Shown: positions 47,601 to 56,795 of the stretch, one piece after another
Numbering within the stretch: the first letter of the stretch is position 1
How the letters are laid out: each line of letters starts with the position of its first letter
DNA from: Candidatus Micrarchaeota archaeon
GTDB lineage: Archaea > Micrarchaeota > Micrarchaeia > Anstonellales > Bilamarchaeaceae
DNA: 64,000 nucleotides
Direction of reading: 5' to 3'
Assembly (NCBI GenBank): GCA_016212505.1
Contig: JACRGB010000010.1
Location: 26,758-90,757 of the forward strand
Notes under the pieces: model-generated
The model's input: the letters and a program-made list of their open reading frames with translations, nothing else
The model's database searches: none
What the model was told of the DNA's origin: nothing
Translations under genes and position numbers: made by a program

Positions 47601-47807
47601 ACTAAATTTAATGCCCAGGATGAAGAACAGGAGGAAGGGGGTTAGGGGTAGGATTATAGTTCCTAGGGCAAAACCTATGAAAAGTTTTTCAATAAATAAA
47701 AGATTCTCATCTTTTCTAAATAATGAAAATGAAAGAATGGCGCCCGGAATCCCGGAAGAAACAATAAACCAAAACAAAATCATCAGAGGCTGGAAATCCA
47801 AAAACAC
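44685..47807 (-). CDS. aglB: Archaeal oligosaccharyltransferase AglB (STT3 family)
   Basis: 13-TM-like N-terminal half. WWDYGHW motif (TSWWDYGHWINFFG). Large C-terminal globular domain. 1040 aa. Confidence 0.9.
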   Translation of the reverse strand: MFLDFQPLMILFWFIVSSGIPGAILSFSLFRKDENLLFIEKLFIGFALGTIILPLTPFLLFFILGIKFSYSIALLAVAVTYLIALVFLFHSKLYEDVLELKNFKMPVFSFDFKEFTSSKTNLITLALIVIIVISYLIRISSYTPIFQELDPYYYTYVPQQILTLGGNFFNDQTAWYPEVSVSHREIPALSYLEAVWYSLYTGGGAYNNMLLALVASIYPAIVTAMTLFFIYFLVSLSGRREWGVIAAGLASFTPILIYKFTAGEQQVVPYTLFALTFFYAMYAFAIKRKELKLSVIAGIGFFALAIGSNGFSLGLAAVMIYTVVQSILLFLRDDAQNTEELKHLLILNGIVFALGSVIGQSLVISLFRSGTIGLSLLVPYLLAIFFAAALYVFSIKFPDKKNAPSFLLTLFVVALIVYAATPLGKYVKDFGGSSFSWASYNKPLDRTIAEQSGAGGDLGQEIGFIAATYSDVISTILYPLRSLLNQSPQLVDNLANILTSIISLIFLPISTIVNMGLGVMVSILNGLFGTSAGFDSKASSLLLFWVFLYAVLVVYSLFRFNKKEDNLFVLFVAIIFPPFVTGILKAKLVTYAAFALSLAIGFCIEPAFSLLRDNFKKINEQKIYNSLLWIGMALVFFQLIYHIFPISVLWGSFQPLYQNNPAALSAKFQTFCSSGGDNTVCSAAKDPIGFASKGTNFQYDQSLCALSIYSNPSYLQNSNAAPPWETQAVFFRCQRISSYWINSMEWIRDNTEPTARVTSWWDYGHWINFFGQRNTTLRNEHVSHSMIGQVAEAYLDGTPQDLKSFMQSHDSKYALFDAELLMNGGSLGGKYGALNYLSCAWKNETTVAQSPGASKCEADHLWDTIFVSTSNPCTISKISNKTGFTAYKIYAGDQYIPYYPGDCVNPDSEQKVAFCKNAIRAVPTYCVGQTTLANGQQSFAPYELSQTYPNGDLKLNKALFQFAYQIPQTYHMGDVTSVTLFYTNDAMWLENGEVKSGYTDHKSKFYESNLYRAFFLNDLPGFKLVYSTPDNAVKIYKIIE

Positions 47808-47936
47808 AGGTTCACCAATTTTTCAATTCATTTAGATTCGTTCTATTCAATTAATTTGTGCCATTTTTACATTTTTAACTAAATTAAACCTCTTTAGCTT
47901 CCTTAATTAACTTTCTTAATTAACTAAGCTTTAAAT

Positions 47937-49022
47937 TCAGAGATATTCTAGGTCTTTTCCGCCCAGATCTTCATTAGCGGCCTGCGAACTTTTACCAAGT
48001 ATGTATGGTGATTTTACACCGGTTATTATTGCGGTTATCCGGATAGTGTCGGAAAGGTTTGGGTTCACTCTTGCACCCATTTTTATTGAGGATTCTGGGT
48101 CAAAACTTGCGGTTAACAGCTCGCCGGTCTTAATTGCATCGCCAAGGCTCAGGTCTGGGCCGCCATCCAAATGTATGAGGCATCCTTTTGCCCCTTCATA
48201 ATCAACATCAAGCAAGGGGTGGGATAATGTGTCTTTTACGACATCCTGCACTTTATTGGCACCTTTGCCTTCGCCAAGTGAGATCATGGAAAGGCCGCCA
48301 TCCTTCATAACTGATTGAACATCTGCATAATCTACATTTATGAGGCTAGGAAACATTATTGTATCTGAAATTCCGGTCACCGCCCGGGTTGTTATTGAAT
48401 CTGCATACTCGAAGGCTTTGGTCAGGGTGAGATTTGGGAAATACTTCGCAAGCCGGTTGTTATCTATTACAACTACAGTATCACAAACCTTGACTAATTC
48501 GTTTAATGATGCCTGGGCCCTTTTGATCCGAACACGCTCGAGCGCAAACGGGTATGTTACCATTGCAACTACGATCGCGCCTTGCTCTTTGGCAACTTCA
48601 GCAACAACCGGCGCCATTCCACCACCAGTTCCGCCGCCCATGCCGGCACATAAGAAGACTAATTCGTTTTCTCCAATTTCTTTTTTTAGTAATGATCGAT
48701 CAACTTCAGCGCATTTTCTGGCAACAGTGGTATCGCCGCCTGCACCAAGCCCTCGAGTAATTGTTTTTCCTGCCAGAACTTTCTGGTGTGCTTTGATCAT
48801 ATTAAGGTGTTTTCCGTCAGTATTGATCGCGATGGTATTTGCGCTTTTTATTCCGCCTTCGTAAATGCGATTTACGCAGTTGCAGCCGGCACCGCCGACA
48901 CCGATAACTGAAATTCGTACACCATTGTTTTCGACCGGCTCGGTCTGCGCACTGGTGAGTTGGGTTGTAACTGTTTTGCCATCGGTAGCTGCTTTGATTA
49001 TATCGTCGAACATAGAGATCAC
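47937..49022 (-). CDS. ftsZ: Cell division GTPase FtsZ
   Basis: GVGGAGCNCVNR and the tubulin signature GMGGGTGGG. GGTGATC Shine-Dalgarno-like sequence upstream. Confidence 0.93.
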   Translation of the reverse strand: MISMFDDIIKAATDGKTVTTQLTSAQTEPVENNGVRISVIGVGGAGCNCVNRIYEGGIKSANTIAINTDGKHLNMIKAHQKVLAGKTITRGLGAGGDTTVARKCAEVDRSLLKKEIGENELVFLCAGMGGGTGGGMAPVVAEVAKEQGAIVVAMVTYPFALERVRIKRAQASLNELVKVCDTVVVIDNNRLAKYFPNLTLTKAFEYADSITTRAVTGISDTIMFPSLINVDYADVQSVMKDGGLSMISLGEGKGANKVQDVVKDTLSHPLLDVDYEGAKGCLIHLDGGPDLSLGDAIKTGELLTASFDPESSIKMGARVNPNLSDTIRITAIITGVKSPYILGKSSQAANEDLGGKDLEYL

Positions 49023-49116
49023 CGATAATTAACGCCTAATAGAATTCCGGTATGTAGAAATACACGAAAAGAAATATAAATCCGTAGTTGTGGTTTACAC
49101 TCGTCAAGAATATAAT

Positions 49117-49168
49117 TGCAGGAAACCGCAGAATCAGAAGGAGGGATGGGTGGACTGCGGCCCCTGCA
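49117..49168. other. GC-rich interrupted hairpin in the ftsZ-pyrD intergenic region
   Basis: tgcagg-aaa-ccgcag-[23-nt purine-rich loop aatcagaaggagggatgggtgga]-ctgcgg-cc-cctgca. This gives 12 bp in total in an otherwise A/T-rich spacer. Confidence 0.3.
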
Positions 49169-49196
49169 GATTTAATTCTGGCAAATCGAAACGGTT

Positions 49197-49208
49197 AACA
49201 TTTAAAAA
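49197..49208 (+). promoter_or_regulatory. Promoter-like AACATTTAAAAA element about 145 nt upstream of pyrD
   Basis: Matches the motif at 487-497. It would give either an approx. 120-nt leader for pyrD or a short independent transcript ending at the T-run at about 49288-49310. Confidence 0.3.
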
Positions 49209-49353
49209 GCTTTACCTGATTTTGAATAAAAGTGGGCAAAAATTAGTGAAAAGATTACAGTGAAAGACCAGCGGAAAATGTAGATCGGTTTTTATTTTCT
49301 TTATTTTAAGATTATTAACAGCGCATTAGAAGAACTTGTAGATAGGTAGTACC

Positions 49354-50301
49354 ATGTCCAATCTTGAAAGCGAAATTTTCGGGGAAAAAATGAAAAACCC
49401 CATCATTCTTGCTTCAGGGATTCTTGGAACTACTAAGGCAAGTTTGGAAACTGCCTGCGACAATGGATGCGGGGCAGTAATTACAAAATCCCTTTCCATT
49501 GAACCTCGCAGAGGCCATGAAGGCCCGAATATCGTCGAGACAGAAGGCGGGATAATGAACGCAATGGGTTACCCTAACCCTGGAATTGACTTGGGTTTAA
49601 AAGAATTTGGAAACTGGAAACGAAACGAGCCGCTCATAATTAGCATTGTTGGAAAAACTCCTGAGGAATTTGCAACACTCGCCGAGCGAGTGGAAGAAAA
49701 CAAAAAACAGCTGGGTGCAACTGCAATCGAGGCAGTAATCTCATGCCCCCACACTCCGGGATATGGAACCATGGTTGGGCAGGGAACTCCCGAATCAGTT
49801 TCAGAAATAACTCGCAAAATAAAGGACAAAACCAAACTTCCGCTCATAATTAAGCTCTCCCCTTCAGTGCCAGGTGAGGGAAAAGCAGCCCAAGCGGCTG
49901 AAGAGGCAGGAGCTAGCGCGATAAATATGGGAAATTCTCTTGGGCCTGGAATGAAGATCGACATAAATAGGCGAAAACCAATGATCGGATTTGGAGTTGG
50001 TGGGCTAACCGGGCCTGCAATAAAACCAATTGCCATTCGTTGCGTTTATGATATTCACCGCTCGGTAAAAATCCCGATAATCGGGACGGGCGGAATAACT
50101 ACTGGTGAAGATGCAATAGAAATGATGATGGCTGGAGCTTCCTGGGTGTCTGTTGGCACTGCAGTATATTATAGGGGGCCAACTGCATTTAGCCAGATTG
50201 CAAAAGAAATGGACGGTTGGATGAAGAAAAATAATTATAGTAGCTTGAAGAAAATAGTTGGTGCTGTGCATGATGTCCATAAAAAATCCGATGTTTACTA
50301 A
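49354..50301 (+). CDS. pyrD: Dihydroorotate dehydrogenase catalytic subunit (class 1B)
   Basis: 315 aa with TIM-barrel DHODH motifs (ASGILGT, ISCPHTPG, GGLTGPAIKP, GTGGI). Followed by pyrK. Confidence 0.9.
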   Translation: MSNLESEIFGEKMKNPIILASGILGTTKASLETACDNGCGAVITKSLSIEPRRGHEGPNIVETEGGIMNAMGYPNPGIDLGLKEFGNWKRNEPLIISIVGKTPEEFATLAERVEENKKQLGATAIEAVISCPHTPGYGTMVGQGTPESVSEITRKIKDKTKLPLIIKLSPSVPGEGKAAQAAEEAGASAINMGNSLGPGMKIDINRRKPMIGFGVGGLTGPAIKPIAIRCVYDIHRSVKIPIIGTGGITTGEDAIEMMMAGASWVSVGTAVYYRGPTAFSQIAKEMDGWMKKNNYSSLKKIVGAVHDVHKKSDVY

Positions 50302-51091
50302 TCATGTGATAAAAATCATTGAGGAAAATTACCGTGTCAAGACCTTGGAGATAGGCCACAACATGCAAAGCGCACTTCCAGGGCAGTTCCTGATGGTTTG
50401 GGTTCCTGGAGTGGGCGAGCGGCCAATGAGTATCGGCAACAGCAACCCACTAACCATATCAGTAGCGGATGTTGGAAAAGTCTCAAAAGAAATCTGCGCT
50501 TTGAAAGTTGGAGATGTGATTTCTTATCGGGGGCCATTTGGAACTCCGTTTTGGATTCCTGAAAAAAATAGCAGTGAAAACGATAGCAAAGCCAAACAAA
50601 ATATTTTGGTCATTGGCGGTGGTTATGGAATTGTTCCCATGTACTTTTTATCCAAAATCGCAAAAGAAAACAAAATTAATTCAACCGCAGTTATTGGCGG
50701 ACGAAGCGATAAAGATATCATTTACGAAAAACAGCTTTTTGCAGTTTGCAAGGAAGTTTTTGTAGCAACTGATGATGGTAGCAGGGGAAAGAAAGGAACC
50801 GTAATGGCTGAAGCTGATTTTCTAATTAAAAGCAAAAAGTTTGATTGCGTTTACGCCTGCGGACCGGAACGAATGATGCATACGGTTGCGCATCTTTGCA
50901 AAGAGCATGGAGTACCCTGCCAGGTCAGCGTCGAGCGATACATGAAATGCGGATTTGGTGTTTGTGGGTCTTGCGATTGCAGCGGAAAGACTGCCTGTGT
51001 CAATGGGCCAGTCATGAGCGGAGAAGACGCACTGAATCTGCCGGAATTTGGAAAAGCGCATAGAGATGCTGCGGGACGATTGGAAAGTTAG
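50270..51091 (+). CDS. pyrK: Dihydroorotate dehydrogenase electron-transfer subunit
   Basis: FNR-like fold with the C-terminal 2Fe-2S cluster motif CGFGVCGSCDC...C. The ORF opens at TTG 50258; the first ATG is at 50270. It overlaps the pyrD end. Confidence 0.85.
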   Translation: MMSIKNPMFTNHVIKIIEENYRVKTLEIGHNMQSALPGQFLMVWVPGVGERPMSIGNSNPLTISVADVGKVSKEICALKVGDVISYRGPFGTPFWIPEKNSSENDSKAKQNILVIGGGYGIVPMYFLSKIAKENKINSTAVIGGRSDKDIIYEKQLFAVCKEVFVATDDGSRGKKGTVMAEADFLIKSKKFDCVYACGPERMMHTVAHLCKEHGVPCQVSVERYMKCGFGVCGSCDCSGKTACVNGPVMSGEDALNLPEFGKAHRDAAGRLES

Positions 51092-51154
51092 TTTAATCTG
51101 CTTACCAAAAATTTGGTAGCTACCTATAAATAGGTAAACTAACAAAAATAAATT

Positions 51155-51790
51155 ATGAGCAATGCTGAAAAAGCCCTAGCCGAGCTAAGGCGAGGCCACA
51201 TCATCATAGTTTATGATGGGGATGAGCGCGAGGGCGAAGCAGATCTTATTTTCCATGCTAGTTTTGCTAGCCCAGCTAAGATAGAGCTGCTCAGAAAAGA
51301 TGCTGGCGGACTTATTTGCGCGGCGATAGGCTTAGGCTATGCCAAAAAATTAGAGCTGCCATTTTTTACTGATTTACTTGATGAATCAGACAAGAAAATA
51401 TGCCACATAAGCTGCAGGAAAACTGCCTATGGGGATAAGCCGGCATTCTCATTGCCAATAAACCATTGTGAAGTTTATACTGGAATAACGGATAATGATC
51501 GGTCACTTACACTAAGAAAGCTAGAAGAAGTGCTAAGCAAACGGATAGGCGATTTTGAAAATGAATTTTATTCACCTGGACACGTTTTCCTTTTGATAGG
51601 TAGAGGAATTGAAAACCGAAAAGGGCATACTGAGCTTTCACTCGAACTTGCCAAAAGATCCGGGCTAAGTGAGGTCATGGTGCTCTGCGAAATGCTTGGC
51701 AGCGGAAAGGCACTTTCGAAGGAAAATGTTAAGCTCTATGCTAAAAATAATGGCCTGGTTTTTATTGAAGGGAAGGATGTGATAGGATGA
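51155..51790 (+). CDS. ribB: 3,4-dihydroxy-2-butanone-4-phosphate synthase
   Basis: DEREGEADLIF motif. 211 aa. Confidence 0.88.
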   Translation: MSNAEKALAELRRGHIIIVYDGDEREGEADLIFHASFASPAKIELLRKDAGGLICAAIGLGYAKKLELPFFTDLLDESDKKICHISCRKTAYGDKPAFSLPINHCEVYTGITDNDRSLTLRKLEEVLSKRIGDFENEFYSPGHVFLLIGRGIENRKGHTELSLELAKRSGLSEVMVLCEMLGSGKALSKENVKLYAKNNGLVFIEGKDVIG

Positions 51791-52668
51791 AGATAGGGGT
51801 AGTCGACACCACATTTTCACGAGTGAACATGGGAGCAATTGCGTTAGATGAAATTAAGAAAAGCAAAAACAAGGTAACAACAACCAGAACTACGGTTCCG
51901 GGAATAAAAGATTTAGCAGTTGAATGCAAATTACTTTTAGAAAAAGAAAAATGCGACATCGTGCTGGCACTTGGAATGGTTGGCGGAATGGAGATCGATC
52001 AGCAATGCGCTCATGAAGCGAGTTTAGGAATTCAACAGGCGAAATTAATGACAAACAAGCACATCATAGAAGTTTTTGTTCATGAAAATGAAGCTTGGGA
52101 CGCAAATGAATTAAATGAGATTTTTGAAAATCGAATACGAAAACATGTTCAAAACGCAGTGGCACTTATTACTGATCCAAAATCACTAACAGAAAACGCA
52201 GGATTAGGAATCCGACAAGGAAAAGATGATGAGGGAAGTTTGGCACAATGGCAAGTACAAAAAACCAAAATAGGAATTGTCGTTGCCAAATTTAATCCGG
52301 AAATTACCCAAAGGATGGTGAACAAGGCATTGGAAGTAGCCCGGAAAGTTGGGTTCGTTGCCGAAGTACGCGAGGTACCGGGAGTTTTCGATATGCCATT
52401 AGTAGTGAAAAAGCTTCTTATGGACAAACAAATCATAGGGGTTGCTACATTAGGAGCGGTAATAAAAGGAGAAACAGCCCATGATGAAATTGTTACCAAA
52501 ACAACAGCAAGTAAATTGGCTTATTTATCTTTGGAATTTCGTAAGCCAGTGGGGTTGGGGATAATAGGCCATAATGTTAGTTGGGAACAGGCCGAAGCAC
52601 GAGCAGAAACTTATGCAGAACACTCGATCGAAGCCATTGGACAATTAATTGAGGTGTTAAGAAAATGA
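51787..52668 (+). CDS. Fusion of archaeal-type riboflavin synthase (N-terminal) and 6,7-dimethyl-8-ribityllumazine synthase (C-terminal)
   Basis: aa 1-150 (MKIGVVDTTFSRVNMG ... VPGIKDL ... CAHEASLG ... MTNKHIIEVFVHE) match my recollection of Methanocaldococcus riboflavin synthase. aa 160-293 (KIGIVVAKFNPEIT ... VPGVFDMPLVVKKL ... IKGETAHDEIV) match lumazine synthase. Confidence 0.82.
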   Translation: MKIGVVDTTFSRVNMGAIALDEIKKSKNKVTTTRTTVPGIKDLAVECKLLLEKEKCDIVLALGMVGGMEIDQQCAHEASLGIQQAKLMTNKHIIEVFVHENEAWDANELNEIFENRIRKHVQNAVALITDPKSLTENAGLGIRQGKDDEGSLAQWQVQKTKIGIVVAKFNPEITQRMVNKALEVARKVGFVAEVREVPGVFDMPLVVKKLLMDKQIIGVATLGAVIKGETAHDEIVTKTTASKLAYLSLEFRKPVGLGIIGHNVSWEQAEARAETYAEHSIEAIGQLIEVLRK

Positions 52669-53243
52669 TGGAAAATGTCGCTAATGCTCTTTTACCAACC
52701 CGTTATGGAAATTTTAGGATATACGCATTCAAGGACGAGAATGGAAGAGAAGATATGGTACTTGTTGCTTGTGATCACAAAATCCATGATAAAATACCGC
52801 TAAGGATACATTCGAAATGTTTTACCGGAGACACTTTGTGCTCATTAAGATGCGATTGCAGAGCTCAGCTTGAAGAAGCAATGGAATATATTGCAAAGAA
52901 AAAATGCGGAATGATCATTTATTTGGATCAGGAAGGCAGAGGAATAGGTTTAGCAAACAAAATCAAAGCCTATGCACTCCAGGACCAGGGGTATGACACA
53001 ATTGAGGCAAACCAAAAGCTTGGGTTTGAAAGTGATTTACGGGACTACAACTCAGCAGCAGATATTCTCAAGCAATTTGGAATAACTACTGTGGAAATAA
53101 TCACCAACAATCCGAAAAAGATAGAGTACCTTGAAAATAACGGCATAACTGTGGCAAAGAGAATACCAATCATAACAAAATCAAATAAACATAACAAAAA
53201 ATATTTGAAAACCAAAAAGGAAAAGATGGAACATATGTTATGA
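52665..53243 (+). CDS. ribA: GTP cyclohydrolase II (bacterial type)
   Basis: HSKCFTGDTLCSLRCDCRAQLEEA zinc/catalytic motif. 192 aa. Confidence 0.88.
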   Translation: MMENVANALLPTRYGNFRIYAFKDENGREDMVLVACDHKIHDKIPLRIHSKCFTGDTLCSLRCDCRAQLEEAMEYIAKKKCGMIIYLDQEGRGIGLANKIKAYALQDQGYDTIEANQKLGFESDLRDYNSAADILKQFGITTVEIITNNPKKIEYLENNGITVAKRIPIITKSNKHNKKYLKTKKEKMEHML

Positions 53244-53253
53244 GTCTGATCAA

Positions 53254-54330
53254 ATGGATAAATTCATGAAAATTGCTTTTGGACTTGCTAAAAAAGCAGA
53301 TCCCCACCCTAATCCAAAGGTCGGCGCAGTTTTAGTAAAAAACGGAAAAATAATTGGGGTTGGATATCATAAAAAACCTGGACTGCCCCATGCTGAAATC
53401 GAAGCAATAAATGATGCTAAAAATAAAAGACACATGGTGAAGGGTGCGATACTTTATGTCACTCTGGAGCCTTGTTCGCATTTGCTAAAAAGAACCCCGC
53501 CTTGCACAAATACAATAATTGATAACAAAATCGGCAGTGTAATTTATGCAATGAAGGATCCCAATCCCTTAGTTGGTGCCGGGGATGCGTTCAGAAGATC
53601 AGGAATTAGGATTATTGGGCCAACAGACCAAGAGCAGGGCGAAAGACTAAACAAGAAATATATTGGAAAAGTAGCAAGAAAGCCGTTTGTAATAATAAAA
53701 ATGGCCATGAGCGCAGATGGAAAAACCGCGACCAGGACCGGTGATGCAAAATGGATTTCTTCCCCGCAATCGCTTCTTCAAACACATAAAATGCGAAGTA
53801 ATTTTGATGCGATAATGGTTGGTGCAGGGACAGTGATAAGGGACAGTCCCAGATTAACAGCACGAATAAAGAATGGAAGAAATCCTTATCGGATAATTGT
53901 CGATGGAAGGTTAAGCATCCCGCTAAAGAGCAAGGTGCTCATATACAAAGACAACAAAACAGTAATTTTGGTCAGTGGAAATGCCCCGAAAAATAAAATC
54001 AAAAAAATTACCAAACGCAAAAAGGGGCATGTAGTTGTTTGTGGAAAGGGTGAAGTTGACCTGAAGAAGGCAATGAAAATTTTGAGTGCAGTTGGTATCA
54101 GAAGCGTAATGATCGAAGGGGGATCAGAACTAAACGCTAGCGCGATAAAAGCAAAAATCGTTGATCGGATAATTTTGTTTGTTGCACCAAAAATTATTGG
54201 TGGAAAAGATGCAAAACCAGTCATTGGTGGGCTTGGAATTGCTAAAATGAGCCAGTCAATTAGCTTAACAAACATGAAATATAAGAAAATCGGTTCGGAT
54301 TTGATGGTGCAATTTGACATCCAGAAATAG
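53254..54330 (+). CDS. ribD: Bifunctional riboflavin biosynthesis deaminase/reductase
   Basis: Deaminase motifs HAEIEA and PCSH...PPC. C-terminal RibD_C reductase domain (KMAMSADGK, MVGAGTV). Confidence 0.88.
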   Translation: MDKFMKIAFGLAKKADPHPNPKVGAVLVKNGKIIGVGYHKKPGLPHAEIEAINDAKNKRHMVKGAILYVTLEPCSHLLKRTPPCTNTIIDNKIGSVIYAMKDPNPLVGAGDAFRRSGIRIIGPTDQEQGERLNKKYIGKVARKPFVIIKMAMSADGKTATRTGDAKWISSPQSLLQTHKMRSNFDAIMVGAGTVIRDSPRLTARIKNGRNPYRIIVDGRLSIPLKSKVLIYKDNKTVILVSGNAPKNKIKKITKRKKGHVVVCGKGEVDLKKAMKILSAVGIRSVMIEGGSELNASAIKAKIVDRIILFVAPKIIGGKDAKPVIGGLGIAKMSQSISLTNMKYKKIGSDLMVQFDIQK

Positions 54331-55536
54331 TTAGTTCTTAGAAAAAAACAAAAATAACCCGGAAGCTATTGCAATCAGGGCTGCAGCGAAAAACATCAGT
54401 GGCGCACCAAAAGTCGCCCAGATAATCCCTGCAATTATGCTTGCGGGCAGATAGGCAGCACCTATTGCACTATTGTAGGCGCCCAAAGCCATGGAACGTT
54501 TTTCTTCTTCGGTCAGGTCGCTAATGTATGCTTTGTTGACCGATTCGTCTGCTGCAACAAAGACCCCGTAAAGGCCGAATAGGAACGCTGCAGCGAACCA
54601 GTTATTCCCAAACCCAATACCTGCAAAACCGATACAGATAATTCCGTAAAGTAAAAATGCCCCAGCAATAACTTTTTTTCTTCCGATTTTATCTGAGAAC
54701 GAACCGATTGGGACAGACGTAATGGCATGAACAATGTTAAATAAGACATAAAGTAACAGAACGTCTGCTAATTGTACTCCAAAATCAGCAGCACGCACGA
54801 TAAGAAATGCAAAACTGAAGTAAGATAGGGAAAACAAAAGCGAGATTTTGAGGAAGCCCTTGTAGTTTGGAGGAAGCTCCCTGAGGGCTTGCCAGAACGG
54901 AGTTTTTTTCGCGGCCGCTACCGAAGCCTTTGGTTCTTTGACAAAAATTAGCAAAACTAAAACTGCTAAGAAAGCCGGGATTAGCGCGAGCAGGAAAACA
55001 CTCTGGTATGCGGCAAGGTTCGTACCAAGGGAGGATAAAAGAAAATACGCAATCAACGGGCCTAAAATTGCGCCCATAGTATCCATTGCCCGATGAATCC
55101 CGAATGCTTTTCCGCGATTTTCTTTAGTTGATGATGCTGCGATTATTGCATCCCTGGGCGAGGTGCGGATCCCTTTCCCCACACGCTCAAGACCCCGCAT
55201 AAGGAGAACGTGCCACCACGAGGTGGAGAATGCAATGCCTAATTTGACAAATGATGAAAGCCCATAGCCAAAAATGACGAATTTTTTGCGCTCATTGAAT
55301 TTATAGGAAAAATAGCCTGAGAAAATTTCGACAATACTTGCAACTGAGTCGGCAACTCCTTCAATTAGCCCCAAAATTTCTTTTCCGGCACCGAGAATTG
55401 AGGTAACAAAAATCGGGATGTTTGGAAAAATCATTTCGCTCGAAACATCAGTAAGGAAACTGACGATGCCCAAAACTATTACATTTGGGTCGAGTTTGGA
55501 TTGGCCGGATTTGGGTTTTGATTTTTCATCTGCCAT
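54331..55536 (-). CDS. MFS transporter
   Basis: 401 aa, about 12 hydrophobic helices. The loop motif GLERVGKGIRTSPRDA is typical of the MFS TM2-3 loop. Confidence 0.8.
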   Translation of the reverse strand: MADEKSKPKSGQSKLDPNVIVLGIVSFLTDVSSEMIFPNIPIFVTSILGAGKEILGLIEGVADSVASIVEIFSGYFSYKFNERKKFVIFGYGLSSFVKLGIAFSTSWWHVLLMRGLERVGKGIRTSPRDAIIAASSTKENRGKAFGIHRAMDTMGAILGPLIAYFLLSSLGTNLAAYQSVFLLALIPAFLAVLVLLIFVKEPKASVAAAKKTPFWQALRELPPNYKGFLKISLLFSLSYFSFAFLIVRAADFGVQLADVLLLYVLFNIVHAITSVPIGSFSDKIGRKKVIAGAFLLYGIICIGFAGIGFGNNWFAAAFLFGLYGVFVAADESVNKAYISDLTEEEKRSMALGAYNSAIGAAYLPASIIAGIIWATFGAPLMFFAAALIAIASGLFLFFSKN

Positions 55537-55554
55537 GCAGAATCCCCGCGGGCG

Positions 55555-56202
55555 TCATTTAAGTATTTTGCCAGTTTCCATATACCAAAGATAAAGATCG
55601 AGTTCTCCCTGGCTAATTTCACAGCATTTGGCTAGTTTTGCCAGTGCAGTTTCAATTTTAAGATATAAATTTCTTGAAAGCGATTTTTGTTTTGGCTTTC
55701 TGATGATGCGATGACGGACCAAAACATCAACTACATGAAAATCAATTATTGCAAGATCATCATAACCGATATTTCGCAGGAAATGGCTCGCTTCCTTATA
55801 TCCAAAACCAAGAACTGTTTCTGCAAACAAATGACGGACATCTTTTTGATTTTTATTTTTGCTACTTAGTTCGAGCATTTCCTTTAGTTTTGGTTTGTGT
55901 TCACGAGCCGCAAGTATGTATTTGGAACGAGCATTTGGATAGCGATGACCCAATCTAATGAGTTCAGCTGTGAGTTCTTCCTGAGCCAGATAAATAAAGC
56001 CATCATCAATTGCATTTTGGATTTTTATTCCGCGCTCTGAAGTAAAATTAGCAGTTAGCAGGCAAAAACACAGTTCTTTGAATATTTGGTTCTCATCTTC
56101 TGCGCCTTTTGCCCGAAACTCATCCATCCTATTTTGAACGATTTGCCCGGTTTCGCCATTCCGGAGCCTAAAGATATCTTTCGCCAGAGTATCCATGCCC
56201 AT
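55555..56202 (-). CDS. ogg: 8-oxoguanine DNA glycosylase/AP lyase (Ogg2 family, HhH-GPD)
   Basis: ELCFCLLTANFTSE ... GYKEASHFLRNIGYDDLAIIDFHV. 215 aa. Confidence 0.82.
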   Translation of the reverse strand: MGMDTLAKDIFRLRNGETGQIVQNRMDEFRAKGAEDENQIFKELCFCLLTANFTSERGIKIQNAIDDGFIYLAQEELTAELIRLGHRYPNARSKYILAAREHKPKLKEMLELSSKNKNQKDVRHLFAETVLGFGYKEASHFLRNIGYDDLAIIDFHVVDVLVRHRIIRKPKQKSLSRNLYLKIETALAKLAKCCEISQGELDLYLWYMETGKILK

Positions 56203-56208
56203 TGAAAA

Positions 56209-56742
56209 TCAGCTTCCTTTCCAAATAACTTCCTTGGAACCTTTTTTGAAATTAACAAATCTAGCCTGGGTGAAAATAAGATCGCCAAGGCGGTTTATGT
56301 AGATTATAATATCGGGATTCACTTTCTCTTCCTGCGAAAGGGAAACAATTGCCCGCTCCGCGCGCCTGCACACCGTACGGGCAAGGTGAAGCAGGGATGC
56401 GGTCTTGCTTCCGCCTGGCAAAACAAAATTTTTTAGCACCGGAAGTTGCGAATATAACGAATCGATTTCTTTTTCCATCTCGTCAGAGCGCCTTGCATAT
56501 AATTCATTGGAGGAGACTTCTTTTGCCGCAAGCTCGGCGCCAATTACAAAAAGGTCATTTTGGATTTGCGTAAGGGACTTACTCACAATTTCGATATCGT
56601 TAAATGCAATGACGATCCCCAGCGTTGCATTGAGTTCGTCGACGCTACCATAAGCTTCTACACGCGGATCGTCTTTTGGGACAACTATCCCCCCAAGAAG
56701 CGAGGTATTTCCCTTATCCCCAAATTTTGTATAGATAGGCAT
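56209..56742 (-). CDS. PduO-type ATP:cob(I)alamin adenosyltransferase family protein
   Basis: N-terminus MPIYTKFGDKGNTSLLGG. 177 aa, helical bundle size. Confidence 0.82.
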   Translation of the reverse strand: MPIYTKFGDKGNTSLLGGIVVPKDDPRVEAYGSVDELNATLGIVIAFNDIEIVSKSLTQIQNDLFVIGAELAAKEVSSNELYARRSDEMEKEIDSLYSQLPVLKNFVLPGGSKTASLLHLARTVCRRAERAIVSLSQEEKVNPDIIIYINRLGDLIFTQARFVNFKKGSKEVIWKGS

Positions 56743-56795
56743 ACAAATAACTTCTGTGTAAGAAGGAATAAAAGATTTGATGGTTTGGTTTTGCT

